DNA of 62,677 nucleotides, filler included, from Nemertoderma westbladi (taxonomy: Eukaryota; Animalia; Xenacoelomorpha), in assembly GCA_032718475.1 (NCBI GenBank). It is 3 parts of 3 records of this genome, joined end to end, with 100 filler letters (N's around TTAATTAATTAA, not from the genome) between each part and the next. Parts side by side here need not be neighbours in the genome. Positions count along the whole stretch, not along the records: positions 24,469 to 51,572 come from JAUCBJ010003864.1; 2 more parts are not named here. One strand, written 5' to 3'. Under the pieces are notes generated by a model. It did not search any database and was not told where the DNA came from. It saw only the letters and a list, made by a program, of their open reading frames with translations. The translations under genes and the position numbers were made by a program. Below, in pieces: positions 37,137 to 51,672 of the stretch. Numbering within the stretch: the first letter of the stretch is position 1; each line of letters begins with the position of its first letter.

Positions 37137-40100
37137 AACGCTGCAATGTTTACAAACGATGCAGCGTGAGGAGCGGAACATTGAACGAGAGTAACGCTGC
37201 AATGTTTACTGACGGAGCAGCGTGAGTGAGTGGAACATTAAACGAGAGTAACGCTGCAATGTTTACAGACGGTGCAGCGTGAGTGAGCGGAACATTAAAC
37301 GAGAGTAACGCTGCAATGTTTACAGACGGAGCAGCGTGAGTGAGCGGAACATTAAACGAGAGTAACGCTGCAATGTTTACAGACGGTGCAGCGTGAGTGA
37401 GCGGAACATTAAACGAGAGTAACGCTGCAACGTTTACAGACGGTGCAGCGTGAGTGAGCGGAACATTAAACGAGAGTAACGCTGCAATGTTTACAAACGG
37501 TGCAGCGTGAGTGAGCGGAACATTAAACGAGAGTAACGCTGCAATGTTTACAAACGGTGCAGCGTGAGTGAGCGGAACATTAAACGAGAGTAACGCTGCA
37601 ATGTTTACAGACGGTGCGCGTGAGTGAGCGGAACATTAAACGAGAGTAACGCTGCAATGTTTACAGACGGTGCAGCGTGAGTGAGCGGAACATTAAACGA
37701 GAGTAACGCTGCAATGTTTACAGACGGTGCAGCGTGAGTGAGCGGAACATTAAACGAGAGTAACGCTGCAACGTTTACAGACAGTGCAGCGTGAGTGAGC
37801 GGAACATTAAACGAGAGTAACGCTGCAATGTTTACAGACGGTGCAGCGTGAGTGAGCGGAACATTAAACGAGAGTAACGCTGCAACGTTTACAGACGGTG
37901 CAGCGTGAGTGAGCGGAACATTAAACGAGAGTAACACTGCAATGTTTACAGACGGTGCAGCGTGAGTGAGCGGAACATTAAACGAGAGTAACGCTGCAAC
38001 GTTTACAGACGGTGCAGCGTGAGTGAGTGGAACATTAAACGAGAGTAACGCTGCAATGTTTACAGACGGTGTAGCGTGAGTGAGCGGAACATTAAACGAG
38101 AGTAACGCTTCAATGTTTGTAGACGGTTCAGCGTGAGTGAGTGGAACATTAAACGAGAGTAACGCTGCAATGTTTACAGACGGAGCAGCTTGAGTGAGCG
38201 GGACATTAAAACGAGAGTAACGCTGCAATGTTTACATACGGTTCAGCGTGAGTGAGTGGAACATTAAACGAGAGTAACGCTGCAATGTTTACAGACGGTT
38301 CAGCGTGAGTGAGCGGAACATTAAACGAGAGTAACGCTGCAATGTTTACAGACGGTGCAGCGTGAGTGAGTGGAACATTAAACGAGAGTAACGCTGCAAT
38401 GTTTACAGACGGTGCAGCGTGAGTGAGCGGAACATTAAACGAGAGTAACGCTGCAATGTTTACAGACAGAGCAGCGTGAGTGAGCGGAACATTAAACGAG
38501 AGTAACGCTGCAATGTTTACAGACGGTGCAGCGTGAGTGAGCGGAACATTAAACGAGAGTAACGCTGCAATGTTTACAGACAGAGCAGCGTGAGTGAGCG
38601 GAACATTAAACGAGAGTAACGCTGCAATGTTTACAGACGGTGCAGCGTGAGTGAGCGGAACATTAAACGAGAGTAACGCTGCAATGTTTACAGACAGAGC
38701 AGCGTGAGTGAGCGGAACATTAAACGAGAGTAACGCTGCAATGTTTACAGACGGTGCAGCGTGAGTGAGCGGAACATTAAACGAGAGTAACGCTGCAATG
38801 TTTACAGACGGTGCAGCGTGAGTGAGCGGAACATTAAACGAGAGTAACGCTGCAATGTTTACAGACGGTGCAGCGTGAGTGAGCGGAACATTAAACGAGA
38901 GTAACGCTGCAATGTTTACAGATGGAGCAGCGTGAGTGAGCGGAACATTAAACGAGAGTAACGCTGCAATGTTTACAGATGGAGCAGCGTGAGTGAGCGG
39001 AACATTAAGCGAGAGTAACGTTGCAATGTTTACAGACGGTGCAGCGTGAGTGAGCGGAACATTAAACGAGAGTAACGCTGCAATGTTTACAGACAGAGCA
39101 GCGTGAGTGAGCGGAACATTAAACGAGAGTAACGCTGCAATGTTTACAGACGGTGCAGCGTGAGTGAGTGGAACATTAAACGAGAGTAACGCTGCAATGT
39201 TTACAGACAGAGCAGCGTGAGTGAGCGGAACATTAAACGAGAGTAACGCTGCAATGTTTACAGATGGAGCAGCGTGAGTGAGTGGAACATTAAACGAGAG
39301 TAACGCTGCAATGTTTACAGACAGAGCAGCGTGAGTGAGTGGAACATTAAACGAGAGTAACGCTGCAATGTTTACAGACGGAGCAGCGTGAGTGAGTGGA
39401 ACATTAAACGAGAGTAACGCTGCAATGTTTACAGACAGAGCAGCGTGAGTGAGTGGAACATTAAACGAGAGTAACGCTGCAATGTTTACAGACAGAGCAG
39501 CGTGAGTGAGTGGAACATTAAACGAGAGTAACGCTGCAATGTTTACAGATGGAGCAGCGTGAGTGAGTGGAACATTAAACGAGAGTAACGCTGCAATGTT
39601 TACAGACAGAGCAGCGTGAGTGAGTGGAACATTAAACGAGAGTAACGCTGCAATGTTTACAGACGGTGCAGCGTGAGTGAGTGGAACATTAAACGAGAGT
39701 AACGCTGCAATGTTTACAGACAGAGCAGCGTGAGTGAGCGGAACATTAAACGAGAGTAACGCTGCAATGTTTACAGACGGTGCAGCGTGAGTGAGCGGAA
39801 CATTAAACGAGAGTAACGCTGCAATGTTTACAGATGGAGCAGCGTGAGTGAGCGGAACATTAAACGAGAGTAACGCTGCAATGTTTACAGACGGTGCAGC
39901 GTGAGTGAGTGGAACATTAAACGAGAGTAACGCTGCAATGTTTACAGACAGAGCAGCGTGAGTGAGTGGAACATTAAACGAGAGTAACGCTGCAATGTTT
40001 ACAGACAGAGCAGCGTGAGTGAGTGGAACATTAAACGAGAGTAACGCTGCAATGTTTACAGATGGAGCAGCGTGAGTGAGTGGAACATTAAACGAGAGTA

Positions 40101-43100
40101 ACGCTGCAATGTTTACAGACAGAGCAGCGTGAGTGAGTGGAACATTAAACGAGAGTAACGCTGCAATGTTTACAGACGGTGCAGCGTGAGTGAGTGGAAC
40201 ATTAAACGAGAGTAACGCTGCAATGTTTACAGACAGAGCAGCGTGAGTGAGCGGAACATTAAACGAGAGTAACGCTGCAATGTTTACAGATGGAGCAGCG
40301 TGAGTGAGTGGAACATTAAACGAGAGTAACGCTGCAATGTTTACAGACAGAGCAGCGTGAGTGAGCGGAACATTAAACGAGAGTAACGCTGCAATGTTTA
40401 CAGACGGTGCAGCGTGAGTGAGCGGAACATTAAACGAGAGTAACGCTGCAATGTTTACAGATGGAGCAGCGTGAGTGAGTGGAACATTAAACGAGAGTAA
40501 CGCTGCAATGTTTACAGACAGAGCAGCGTGAGTGAGCGGAACATTAAACGAGAGTAACGCTGCAATGTTTACAGACGGTGCAGCGTGAGTGAGCGGAACA
40601 TTAAACGAGAGTAACGCTGCAATGTTTACAGATGGAGCAGCGTGAGTGAGTGGAACATTAAACGAGAGTAACGCTGCAATGTTTACAGACAGAGCAGCGT
40701 GAGTGAGTGGAACATTAAACGAGAGTAACGCTGCAATGTTTACAGACGGTGCAGCGTGAGTGAGCGGGACATTAAACGAGAGTAACGCTGCAATATGTTT
40801 ACAGACGGAGCAGCGTGAGTGAGCGGAACAATAAACGAGAGTAACGCTGCAATGTTTACAGACGGAGCAGCGTGAGTGAGCGGAACATTAAACGAGAGTA
40901 ACACTGCAATGTTTACAGACAGAGCAGCGTGAGTGAGCGGAACATTAAACGAGAGTAACGCTGCAATGTTTACAGACGGAGCAGCGTGAGTGAGCGGAAC
41001 ATTAAACGAGAGTAACGCTGCAATGTTTACAGATGGAGCAGCGTGAGTGAGTGGAACATTAAACGAGAGTAACGCTGCAATGTTTACAGACGGAGCAGCG
41101 TGAGTGAGCGGAACATTAAACGAGAGTAACGCTGCAATGTTTACAGACGGTGCAGCGTGAGTGAACGGAACATTAAACGAGAGTAACGCTGCAATGTTTA
41201 CAGACGGTGCAGCGTGAGTGAGCGGAACATTAAACGAGAGTAACGCTGCAATGTTTACAGACGGTGCAGCGTGAGTGAGCGGAACATTAAACGAGAGTAA
41301 CGCTGCAATGTTTACAGACGGAGCAGCGTGAGTGAGCGGAACATCAAACGAGAGTAACGCTGCAATGTTTACAGACAGAGCAGCGTGAGTGAGCGGAACA
41401 TTAAACGAGAGTAACGCTGCAATGTTTACAGACGGAGCAGCGTGAGTGAGCGGAACATTAAACGAGAGTAACGCTGCAATGTTTACAGATGGAGCAGCGT
41501 GAGTGAGTGGAACATTAAACGAGAGTAACGCTGCAATGTTTACAGACGGAACAGCGTGAGTGAGCGGAACATTAAACGAGAGTAACGCTGCAATGTTTAC
41601 AGACGGTGCAGCGTGAGTGAACGGAACATTAAACGAGAGTAACGCTGCAATGTTTACAGACGGTGCAGCGTGAGTGAGCGGAACATTAAACGAGAGTAAC
41701 GCTGCAATGTTTACAGACGGTGCAGCGTGAGTGAACGGAACATTAAACGAGAGTAACGCTGCAACGTTTACAGACGGAGCAGCGTGAGTGAGCGGAACAT
41801 TAAACGAGAGTAACGCTGCAATGTTTACAGACGGAGCAGCGTGAGTGAGCGGAACATTAAACGAGAGTAACGCTGCAATGTTTACAGACGGTGCAGCGTG
41901 AGTGAGCGGAACATTAAACGAGAGTAACGCTGCAATGTTTACAGACGGAGCAGCGTGAGTGAGTGGAACATTAAACGAGAGTAACGCTGCAATGTTTACA
42001 GACGGAGCAGCGTGAGTGAGTGGAACATTAAACGAGAGTAACGCTGTAAGGTTTACAGACGGAGCAGCGTGAGTGAGCGGAACATTAAACGAGAGTAACG
42101 CTGCAATGTTTACAGACGGTGCAGCGTGAGTGAGCGGAACATTAAACGAGAGTAACGCTGCAATGTTTACAGACGGAGCAGCGTGAGTGAGCGGAACATT
42201 AAACGAGAGTAACGCTGCAATGTTTACAGACGGTTCAGCGTGAGTGAGTGGAACATTAAACGAGAGTAACGCTGTAAGGTTTACAGACGGAGCAGCGTGA
42301 GTGAGTGGAACATTAAACGAGAGTAACGCTGCAATGTTTACAGACGGAGCAGCGTGAGTGAGCGGAACATTAAACGAGAGTAACACTGCAATGTTTACAG
42401 ACGGAGCAGCGTGAGTGAGCGGAACATTAAACGAGAGTAACGCTGCAATGTTTACAGACGGAGCAGCGTGAGTGAGCGGAACATTAAACGAGAGTAACGC
42501 TGCAATGTTTACAGACGGAGCAGCGTGAGTGAGTGGAACATTAAACGAGAGTAACGCTGTAAGGTTTACAGACGGAGCAGCGTGAGTGAGCGGAACATTA
42601 AACGAGAGTAACGCTGCAATGTTTACAGACGGAGCAGCGTGAGTGAGCGGAACATTAAACGAGAGTAACGCTGCAATGTTTACAGACGGTGCAGCGTGAG
42701 TGAGCGGAACATTAAACGAGAGTAACGCTGCAATGTTTACAGACGGTGCAGCGTGAGTGAGCGGAACATTAAACGAGAGTAACGCTGCAATGTTTACAGA
42801 CGGTGCAGCGTGAGTGAGCGGAACATTAAACGAGAGTAACGCTGCAATGTTTACAGACGGTGCAGCGTGAGTGAGCGGAACATTAAACGAGAGTAACGCT
42901 GCAATGTTTACAGACAGAGCAGCGTGAGTGAGTGGAACATTAAACGAGAGTAACGCTGCAATGTTTACAGACGGTGCAGCGTGAGTGAGCGGAACATTAA
43001 ACGAGAGTAACGCTGCAATGTTTACAGACAGAGCAGCGTGAGTGAGTGGAACATTAAACGAGAGTAACGCTGCAATGTTTACAGACGGTGCAGCGTGAGT

Positions 43101-46100
43101 GAGCGGAACATTAAACGAGAGTAACGCTGCAATGTTTACAGACAGAGCAGCGTGAGTGAGTGGAACATTAAACGAGAGTAACGCTGCAATGTTTACAGAC
43201 GGTGCAGCGTGAGTGAGCGGAACATTAAACGAGAGTAACGTTGCAATGTTTACAGACGGTGCAGCGTGAGTGAGCGGAACATTAAACGAGAGTAACGCTG
43301 CAATGTTTACAGACGGTTCAGCGTGAGTGAGCGGGACATTAAACGAGAGTAACGCTGCAATGTTTACAGACGGAGCAGCGTGAGTGAGCGGAACATTAAA
43401 CGAGAGTAACGCTGCAATGTTTACAGACGGTGCAGCGTGAGTGAGCGGAACATTAAACGAGAGTAACGCTGCAATGTTTACAGACGGAGCAGCGTGAGTG
43501 AGCGGAACATTAAACGAGAGTAACGCTGCAATGTTTACAGACAGAGCAGCGTGAGTGAGTGGAACATTAAACGAGAGTAACGCTGCAATGTTTACAGACG
43601 GTGGAGCGTGAGTGAGCGGAACATTAAACGAGAGTAACGTTGCAATGTTTACAGACGGTGCAGCGTGAGTGAGCGGAACATTAAACGAGAGTAACGCTGC
43701 AATGTTTACAGACGGTTCAGCGTGAGTGAGCGGGACATTAAACGAGAGTAACGCTGCAATGTTTACAGACGGAGCAGCGTGAGTGAGCGGAACATTAAAC
43801 GAGAGTAACGTTGCAATGTTTACAGACGGTGCAGCGTGAGTGAGCGGAACATTAAACGAGAGTAACGCTGCAATGTTTACAGACGGTTCAGCGTGAGTGA
43901 GCGGGACATTAAACGAGAGTAACGCTGCAATGTTTACAGACGGAGCAGCGTGAGTGAGCGGAACATTAAACGAGAGTAACACTGCAATGTTTACAGACGG
44001 AGCAGCGTGAGTGAGCGGAACATTAAACGAGAGTAACGTTGCAATGTTTACAGACGGTGCAGCGTGAGTGAGCGGAACATTAAACGAGAGTAACACTGCA
44101 ATGTTTACAGACGGTTCAGCGTGAGTGAGCGGAACATTAAACGAGAGTAACTCTGCAATGTTTACAGATGGAGCAGCGTGAGTGAGCGGAACATTAAACG
44201 AGAGTAACGCTGCAATGTTTACAGACGGTGCAGCGTGAGTGAGCGGAACATTAAACGAGAGTAACACTGCAATGTTTACAGACGGAGCAGCGTGAGTGAG
44301 CGGAACATTAAACGAGAGTAACGTTGCAATGTTTACAGACGGTGCAGCGTGAGTGAGCGGAACATTAAACGAGAGTAACGCTGCAATGTTTACAGACGGT
44401 TCAGCGTGAGTGAGCGGGACATTAAACGAGAGTAACGCTGCAATGTTTACAGACGGAGCAGCGTGAGTGAGCGGAACATTAAACGAGAGTAACACTGCAA
44501 TGTTTACAGACGGAGCAGCGTGAGTGAGCGGAACATTAAACGAGAGTAACGCTGCAATGTTTACAGACGGTGCAGCGTGAGTGAGCGGAACATTAAACGA
44601 GAGTAACGCTGCAATGTTTACAGACGGTTCAGCGTGAGTGAGCGGGACATTAAACGAGAGTAACGCTGCAATGTTTACAGACGGAGCAGCGTGAGTGAGC
44701 GGAACATTAAACGAGAGTAACACTGCAATGTTTACAGACGGAGCAGCGTGAGTGAGCGGAACATTAAACGAGAGTAACGTTGCAATGTTTACAGACGGTG
44801 CAGCGTGAGTGAGCGGAACATTAAACGAGAGTAACACTGCAATGTTTACAGACGGTTCAGCGTGAGTGAGCGGAACATTAAACGAGAGTAACTCTGCAAT
44901 GTTTACAGATGGAGCAGCGTGAGTGAGCGGAACATTAAACGAGAGTAACGCTGCAATGTTTACAGACGGTGCAGCGTGAGTGAGCGGAACATTAAACGAG
45001 AGTAACACTGCAATGTTTACAGACGGAGCAGCGTGAGTGAGCGGAACATTAAACGAGAGTAACGTTGCAATGTTTACAGACGGTGCAGCGTGAGTGAGCG
45101 GAACATTAAACGAGAGTAACGCTGCAATGTTTACAGACGGTTCAGCGTGAGTGAGCGGGACATTAAACGAGAGTAACGCTGCAATGTTTACAGACGGAGC
45201 AGCGTGAGTGAGCGGAACATTAAACGAGAGTAACACTGCAATGTTTACAGACGGAGCAGCGTGAGTGAGCGGAACATTAAACGAGAGTAACGCTGCAATG
45301 TTTACAGACGGTGCAGCGTGAGTGAGCGGAACATTAAACGAGAGTAACGCTGCAATGTTTACAGATGGAGCAGCGTGAGTGAGCGGAACATTAAACGAGA
45401 GTAACGCTGCAACGCTTACAGACGGTGCAGCGTGAGTGAGCGGAACATTAAACGAGAGTAACGCTGCAACGTTTACAGACGGTGCAGCGTGAGTGAGCGG
45501 AACATTAAACGAGAGTAACGCTGCAATGTTTACAGACGGAGCAGCGTGAGTGAACGGAACATTAAACGAGAGTAACGCTGTAATGTTTACAGACGGAGCA
45601 GCGTGAGTGAGCGGAACATAAAACGAGAGTAACGCTGCAATGTTTACAGACGGTGCAGCGTGAGTGAGCGGAACATTAAACGAGAGTAACACTGCAATGT
45701 TTACAGACGGTGCAGCGTGAGTGAACGGAACATTAAACGAGAGTAACGCTGTAATGTTTACAGACGGAGCAGCGTGAGTGAACGGAACATTAAACGAGAG
45801 TAACTGCAATGTTTACAGACGGAGCAGCGTGAGTGAGCGGGACATTAAACGAGAGTAACGCTGCAATGTTTACAGACGGAGCAGCGTGAGTGAGCGGGAC
45901 ATTAAACGAGAGTAACGCTGCAATGTTTACAGACGGAGCAGCGTGAGTGAGCGGGACATTAAACGAGAGTAACGCTGCAATGTTTACAGACGGAGCAGCG
46001 TGAGTGAGCGGAACATTAAACGAGAGTAACGCTGCAATGTTTACAGACGGAGCAGCGTGAGTGAGCGGAACATTAAACGAGAGTAACGCTGTAAGGTTTA

Positions 46101-46313
46101 CAGACGGAGCAGCGTGAGTGAGCGGAACATTAAACGAGAGTAACGCTGCAATGTTTACAGACGGAGGAGCGTGAGTGAGCGGAACATTAAACGAGAGTAA
46201 CGCTGCAATGTTTACAGACGGAGCAGCGTGAGTGAGCGGAACATTAAACGAGAGTAACGCTGCAATGTTTACAGACGGAGCAGCGTGAGTGAGCGGAACA
46301 TTAGACGAGAGTA
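37137..46313. repeat. 57-bp satellite, ~160 copies, in CFAP276 intron 3
   Basis: Unit aacgctgcaatgtttacagacggtgcagcgtgagtgagcggaacattaaacgagagt; no spacers; recurring runs of variants. Confidence 0.97.
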
Positions 46314-46817
46314 GAAGAGGTGAAATATGGGCACTTTATTTTCTTTATCGATTGCATCCTTGATTTTGTTTATACCTTCCAAGTTACTCTGATGGCGCAG
46401 GTTGTACACACTACAGCACCGGTATCGCCCAACATCTCAATTATTGACTGTTAACAAAATTACTGAAACAAAAACTTTCGTATGAGCCATGTGACATAAT
46501 AATTATTGCGATTTATAGGAACTTCTGTGCTTCCCCTTAAGCTTTACCGGTTAAAGCTTAAGGGGAAGAACATCCATTTATTGTTCGTTCATTTATATGT
46601 TCCGTTCCGCATAACTGTAAAAATACTGGTACTATAATTCAATCCGTTAAATATCGCCGGGATTGAATCTACTTTATTTTATTGCGTATTTCACCCCGAT
46701 ATACTTTATACCTATAATGACAGAGAGTAAGTTTAGTGGGTATAGCTGATCTATACCCACTAAATAGTTGGCGTTGTTGAACTCTCTTTAATCCGTTCTT
46801 TCGTTTTCTACACGCAG

Positions 46818-46888
46818 GGGGAACCCATAGCACAATGACCAATCCTGGTTTTATCAGGAAATTCGACGGAGGTCATTTTACTGCATAA
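46818..46888 (+). CDS. CFAP276: CFAP276-like, terminal exon (total ~166 aa)
   Basis: acgcag|(G)GTHSTMTNPGFIRKFDGGHFTA*. Matches the family C-terminus H...TN.G(Y/F).RK.DGG.F; in frame with exon 3. Confidence 0.88.
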
Positions 46889-48191
46889 ATTGGTAAATAT
46901 TATCATCGCGGCGTTACTACAGTACATATCTTACATTGCAGTTGCACTAACCCAATTCTGTTTTTATCCATCGTTACCTTTTGCATTGTGTGTGCATATC
47001 ACTCCATACACTCTTCATAAATACTGTATTGCGCATGCGAAGTAAGAATCTACAGTAATTCCACATTAAGGTTTTAATACTTATTGCAGATATTAGCAAT
47101 AGCAATATAGGGTAATTTATAATGTTATATACTAATTGTTATTATTATTTTTAATTATTTTATTATCGATAATTAGTTCGACGCCTAACGTTGAACTACC
47201 AGTCTCATCTGCATATCATAATAATCATTTCACAACGCGACTATATTTATATTAAATCCCCTTCATATCATTAATTAACAATTTCAATGTAATTTATAAT
47301 TACTTAGTCAATATTCCAATAAGGCGAAGACACCGCACCGTTTTTGTAAATGCGATGTTTTGTCGCGTTTTATTGTTTTGCTTTTTTTGATGAGTTTCTA
47401 TAACGTATTTTCAGCAGCGATAATTACCTGACCTAGTAGGCCTCTCTACTCTAATGCTGGTGATACTGTACTGTATTTGTTTTTAAATAAAACATAATAT
47501 TCGATATAAAAGAAATAACAGAAAAAAACTATTTTCAACTTATTTTATTTAGCGTAATTCATTATACCCTCGTGTGTTGAGTTTTCCAGTGGTTTTCATT
47601 CTAGTCACCTCCACCTCTCAATTTCGCTAACCTGAAAATGAGAGAAAACAAGCGGTGTTTTCCTCACACTTTTTTTTTATTGAATAATAGTCTTTATTCC
47701 AAAATTGTAACATTACTCAACGCCGTTAGTATTAAAAGCGAGTTGTTATTTAGCACTTTACAACTTTATAGGACATTACAGTATTGTATTTGGTGTTATT
47801 GTTTACGTGGTAACCATGACGGCGTTAAGTAATATAAGGCAGGGTGTCGCAGGAGTTTTATCGCCCCAGTATGAATTAAGAAGGATGTTAAAAGATGTTA
47901 AAAGAGGTGTTTGGTCTATATATTTCTCCCCTTTGGGGTATCGTCAGGACCAAATTCAAATATACAACGATACAAAAACCAGAAAGAGCAGTACTACCTA
48001 CTACATGCACTACAGTACCGGTACTGAGTATCCAACCTAGGTGGGCTGGCAGACTGATCCTATAACTACTGTACATAAATCCGGCATGGCCTAAGATAGA
48101 AGGCATTAGAAATTGTCTGAAAAGCTACTATTTCAAATATAGGGTAAACATACACGGTAATTAAATTATTTAAATTATTTATAAAACTTCC

Positions 48192-51100
48192 TACAAAAAT
48201 GCATGAATAGGCAAAAGGCAATATGCGGCCGGGAAACTCTACAGTATGAAGGCACCAGTTGCAATAGAATGCTAGGATAGCGAATATTGAAATAATTATG
48301 CATCTACAGTATGAAGGCACCAGTTGTAATATAATGCTAGGATAGCGAATATTGAAATAATTATGCAAAAATGTATGAATTGGCAAAAGGCAAATACGGC
48401 CGGGAAACTCTACAGTAGGAAGGCACCAGTTGCAATAGAATGCTAGGATAGCGAATATTGAAATAATTATGCATCTACAGTATGGAGGCACCAGTTGTAA
48501 TAGAATGCTAGGATAGCGAATATTGAAATAATTATGCATCTACAGTATGAAGGCACCAGTTGTAATAGAATGCTAGGATAGCGAATATTGAAATAATTAT
48601 GCAAAAAATGTATGAATTGGCAAAAGGCAAATACGGCCGGGAAACTCTACAGTAGGAAGGCACCAGTTGTAATAGAATGCTAGGATAGCGAATATTGAAA
48701 TAATTATGCATCTACAGTATGAAGGCACCAGTTGCAATAGAATGCTAGGATAGCGAATATTGAAATAATTATGCATCTACAGTATGGAGGCACCAGTTGC
48801 AATAGAATGCTAGGATAGCGAATATTGAAATAATTATGCATCTACAGTATGAAGGCACCAGTTGTAATAGAATGCTAGGATAGCGAATATTGAAATAATT
48901 ATGCATCTACAGTATGAAGGCACCAGTTGCAATAGAATGCTAGGATAGCGAATATTGAAATAATTATGCATCTACAGTATGAAGGCACCAGTTGTAATAT
49001 AATGCTAGGATAGCGAATATTGAAATAATTATGCATCTACAGTATGAAGGCACCAGTTGCAATAGAATGCTAGGATAGCGAATATTGAAATAATTATGCA
49101 TCTACAGTATGAAGGCACCAGTTGTAATAGAATGCTAGGATAGCGAATATTGAAATAATTATGCATCTACAGTATGAAGGCACCAGTTGCAATAGAATGC
49201 TAGGATAGCGAATATTGAAATAATTATGCATCTACAGTATGAAGGCACCAGTTGTAATATAATGCTAGGATAGCGAATATTGAAATAATTATGCATCTAC
49301 AGTATGAAGGCACCAGTTGCAATAGAATGCTAGGATAGCGAATATTGAAATAATTATGCATCTACAGTATGGAGGCACCAGTTGTAATAGAATGCTAGGA
49401 TAGCGAATATTGAAATAATTATGCATCTACAGTATGAAGGCACCAGTTGTAATAGAATGCTAGGATAGCGAATATTGAAATAATTATGCAAAAAATGTAT
49501 GAATTGGCAAAAGGCAAATACGGCCGGGAAACTCTACAGTAGGAAGGCACCAGTTGTAATAGAATGCTAGGATAGCGAATATTGAAATAATTATGCATCT
49601 ACAGTATGAAGGCACCAGTTGCAATAGAATGCTAGGATAGCGAATATTGAAATAATTATGCATCTACAGTATGGAGGCACCAGTTGCAATAGAATGCTAG
49701 GATAGCGAATATTGAAATAATTATGCATCTACAGTATGGAGGCACCAGTTGTAATAGAATGCTAGGATAGCGAATATTAAAATAATCATGCATCTACAGT
49801 ATGAAGGCACCAGTTGTAATAGAATGCTAGGATAGCGAATATTGAAATAATTATGCAAAAAATGTATGAATTGGCAAAAGGCAAATACGGCCGGGAAACT
49901 CTACAGTAGGAAGGCACCAGTTGCAATAGAATGCTAGGATAGCGAATATTGAAATAATTATGCATCTACAGTATGAAGGCACCAGTTGTAATAGAATGCT
50001 AGGATAGCGAATATTAAAATAATCATGCATCTACAGTATGAAGGCACCAGTTGTAATAGAATGCTAGGATAGCGAATATTGAAATAATTATGCAAAAAAT
50101 GTATGAATTGGCAAAAGGCAAATACGGCCGGGAAACTCTACAGTAGGAAGGCACCAGTTGCAATAGAATGCTAGGATAGCGAATATTGAAATAATTATGC
50201 ATCTACAGTATGAAGGCACCAGTTGTAATAGAATGCTAGGATAGCGAATATTGAAATAATTATGCATCTACAGTATGGAGGCACCAGTTGTAATAGAATG
50301 CTAGGATAGCGAATATTAAAATAATCATGCATCTACAGTATGAAGGCACCAGTTGCAATAGAATGCTAGGATAGCGAATATTGAAATAATTATGCATCTA
50401 CAGTATGAAGGCACCAGTTGTAATAGAATGCTAGGATAGCGAATATTGAAATAATTATGCAAAAATGTATGAATTGGCAAAAGGCAAATACGGCCGGGAA
50501 ACTCTACAGTAGGAAGGCACCAGTTGCAATAGAATGCTAGGATAGCGAATATTGAAATAATTATGCATCTACAGTATGAAGGCACCAGTTGTAATAGAAT
50601 GCTAGGATAGCGAATATTAAAATAATTATGCATCTACAGTATGAAGGCACCAGTTGTAATAGAATGCTAGGATAGCGAATATTGAAATAATTATGCAAAA
50701 ATGTATGAATTGGCAAAAGGCAAATACGGCCGGGAAACTCTACAGTAGGAAGGCACCAGTTGCAATAGAATGCTAGGATAGCGAATATTGAAATAATTAT
50801 GCATCTACAGTATGAAGGCACCAGTTGTAATAGAATGCTAGGATAGCGAATATTAAAATAATTATGCATCTACAGTATGAAGGCACCAGTTGCAATAGAA
50901 TGCTAGGATAGCGAATATTGAAATAATTATGCAAAAAATGTATGAATTGGCAAAAGGCAAATACGGCCGGGAAACTCTACAGTAGGAAGGCACCAGTTGC
51001 AATAGAATGCTAGGATAGCGAATATTGAAATAATTATGCATCTACAGTATGAAGGCACCAGTTGTAATAGAATGCTAGGATAGCGAATATTGAAATAATT

Positions 51101-51470
51101 ATGCAAAAATGTATGAATTGGCAAAAGGCAAATACGGCCGGGAAACTCTACAGTAGGAAGGCACCAGTTGCAATAGAATGCTAGGATAGCGAATATTGAA
51201 ATAATTATGCATCTACAGTATGAAGGCACCAGTTGTAATAGAATGCTAGGATAGCGAATATTAAAATAATTATGCATCTACAGTATGAAGGCACCAGTTG
51301 CAATAGAATGCTAGGATAGCGAATATTGAAATAATTATGCATCTACAGTATGGAGGCACCAGTTGTAATAGAATGCTAGGATAGCGAATATTAAAATAAT
51401 TATGCATCTACAGTATGAAGGCACCAGTTGTAATAGAATGCTAGGATAGCGAATATTAAAGTAATTATGC
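48192..51470. repeat. Composite minisatellite of 65-bp units interspersed with 106/107-bp long units
   Basis: Unit ctacagtatgaaggcaccagttgtaatagaatgctaggatagcgaatattgaaataattatgcat, with an optional insert aaaatgtatgaattggcaaaaggcaaatacggccgggaaact. Confidence 0.95.
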
Positions 51471-51572
51471 ACGATTATCCAATTAATATATTAATCCTAC
51501 GTGGATGCATGTGAAAACATACAGTACGTTTAGAAAACGGCGTGTGCCGTTAAGATAGACATCTCGAATAAG

Positions 51573-51672
51573 NNNNNNNNNNNNNNNNNNNNNNNNNNNN
51601 NNNNNNNNNNNNNNNNTTAATTAATTAANNNNNNNNNNNNNNNNNNNNNNNNNNNNNNNNNNNNNNNNNNNN
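51573..51672. other. Artificial contig spacer (six-frame stop linker)
   Basis: 44 N + TTAATTAATTAA + 44 N. Confidence 0.97.

Noticed and set aside
40740-45809. 1689-aa ORF as a gene
   Set aside because: It is a translation of the 57-bp satellite inside a CFAP276 intron, with no unique domain and ends defined by sporadic indels.
47807-48145. Possible small gene (MTALSNIRQGVAG...)
   Set aside because: No recognisable homology, and joining the frames needs implausibly short introns.
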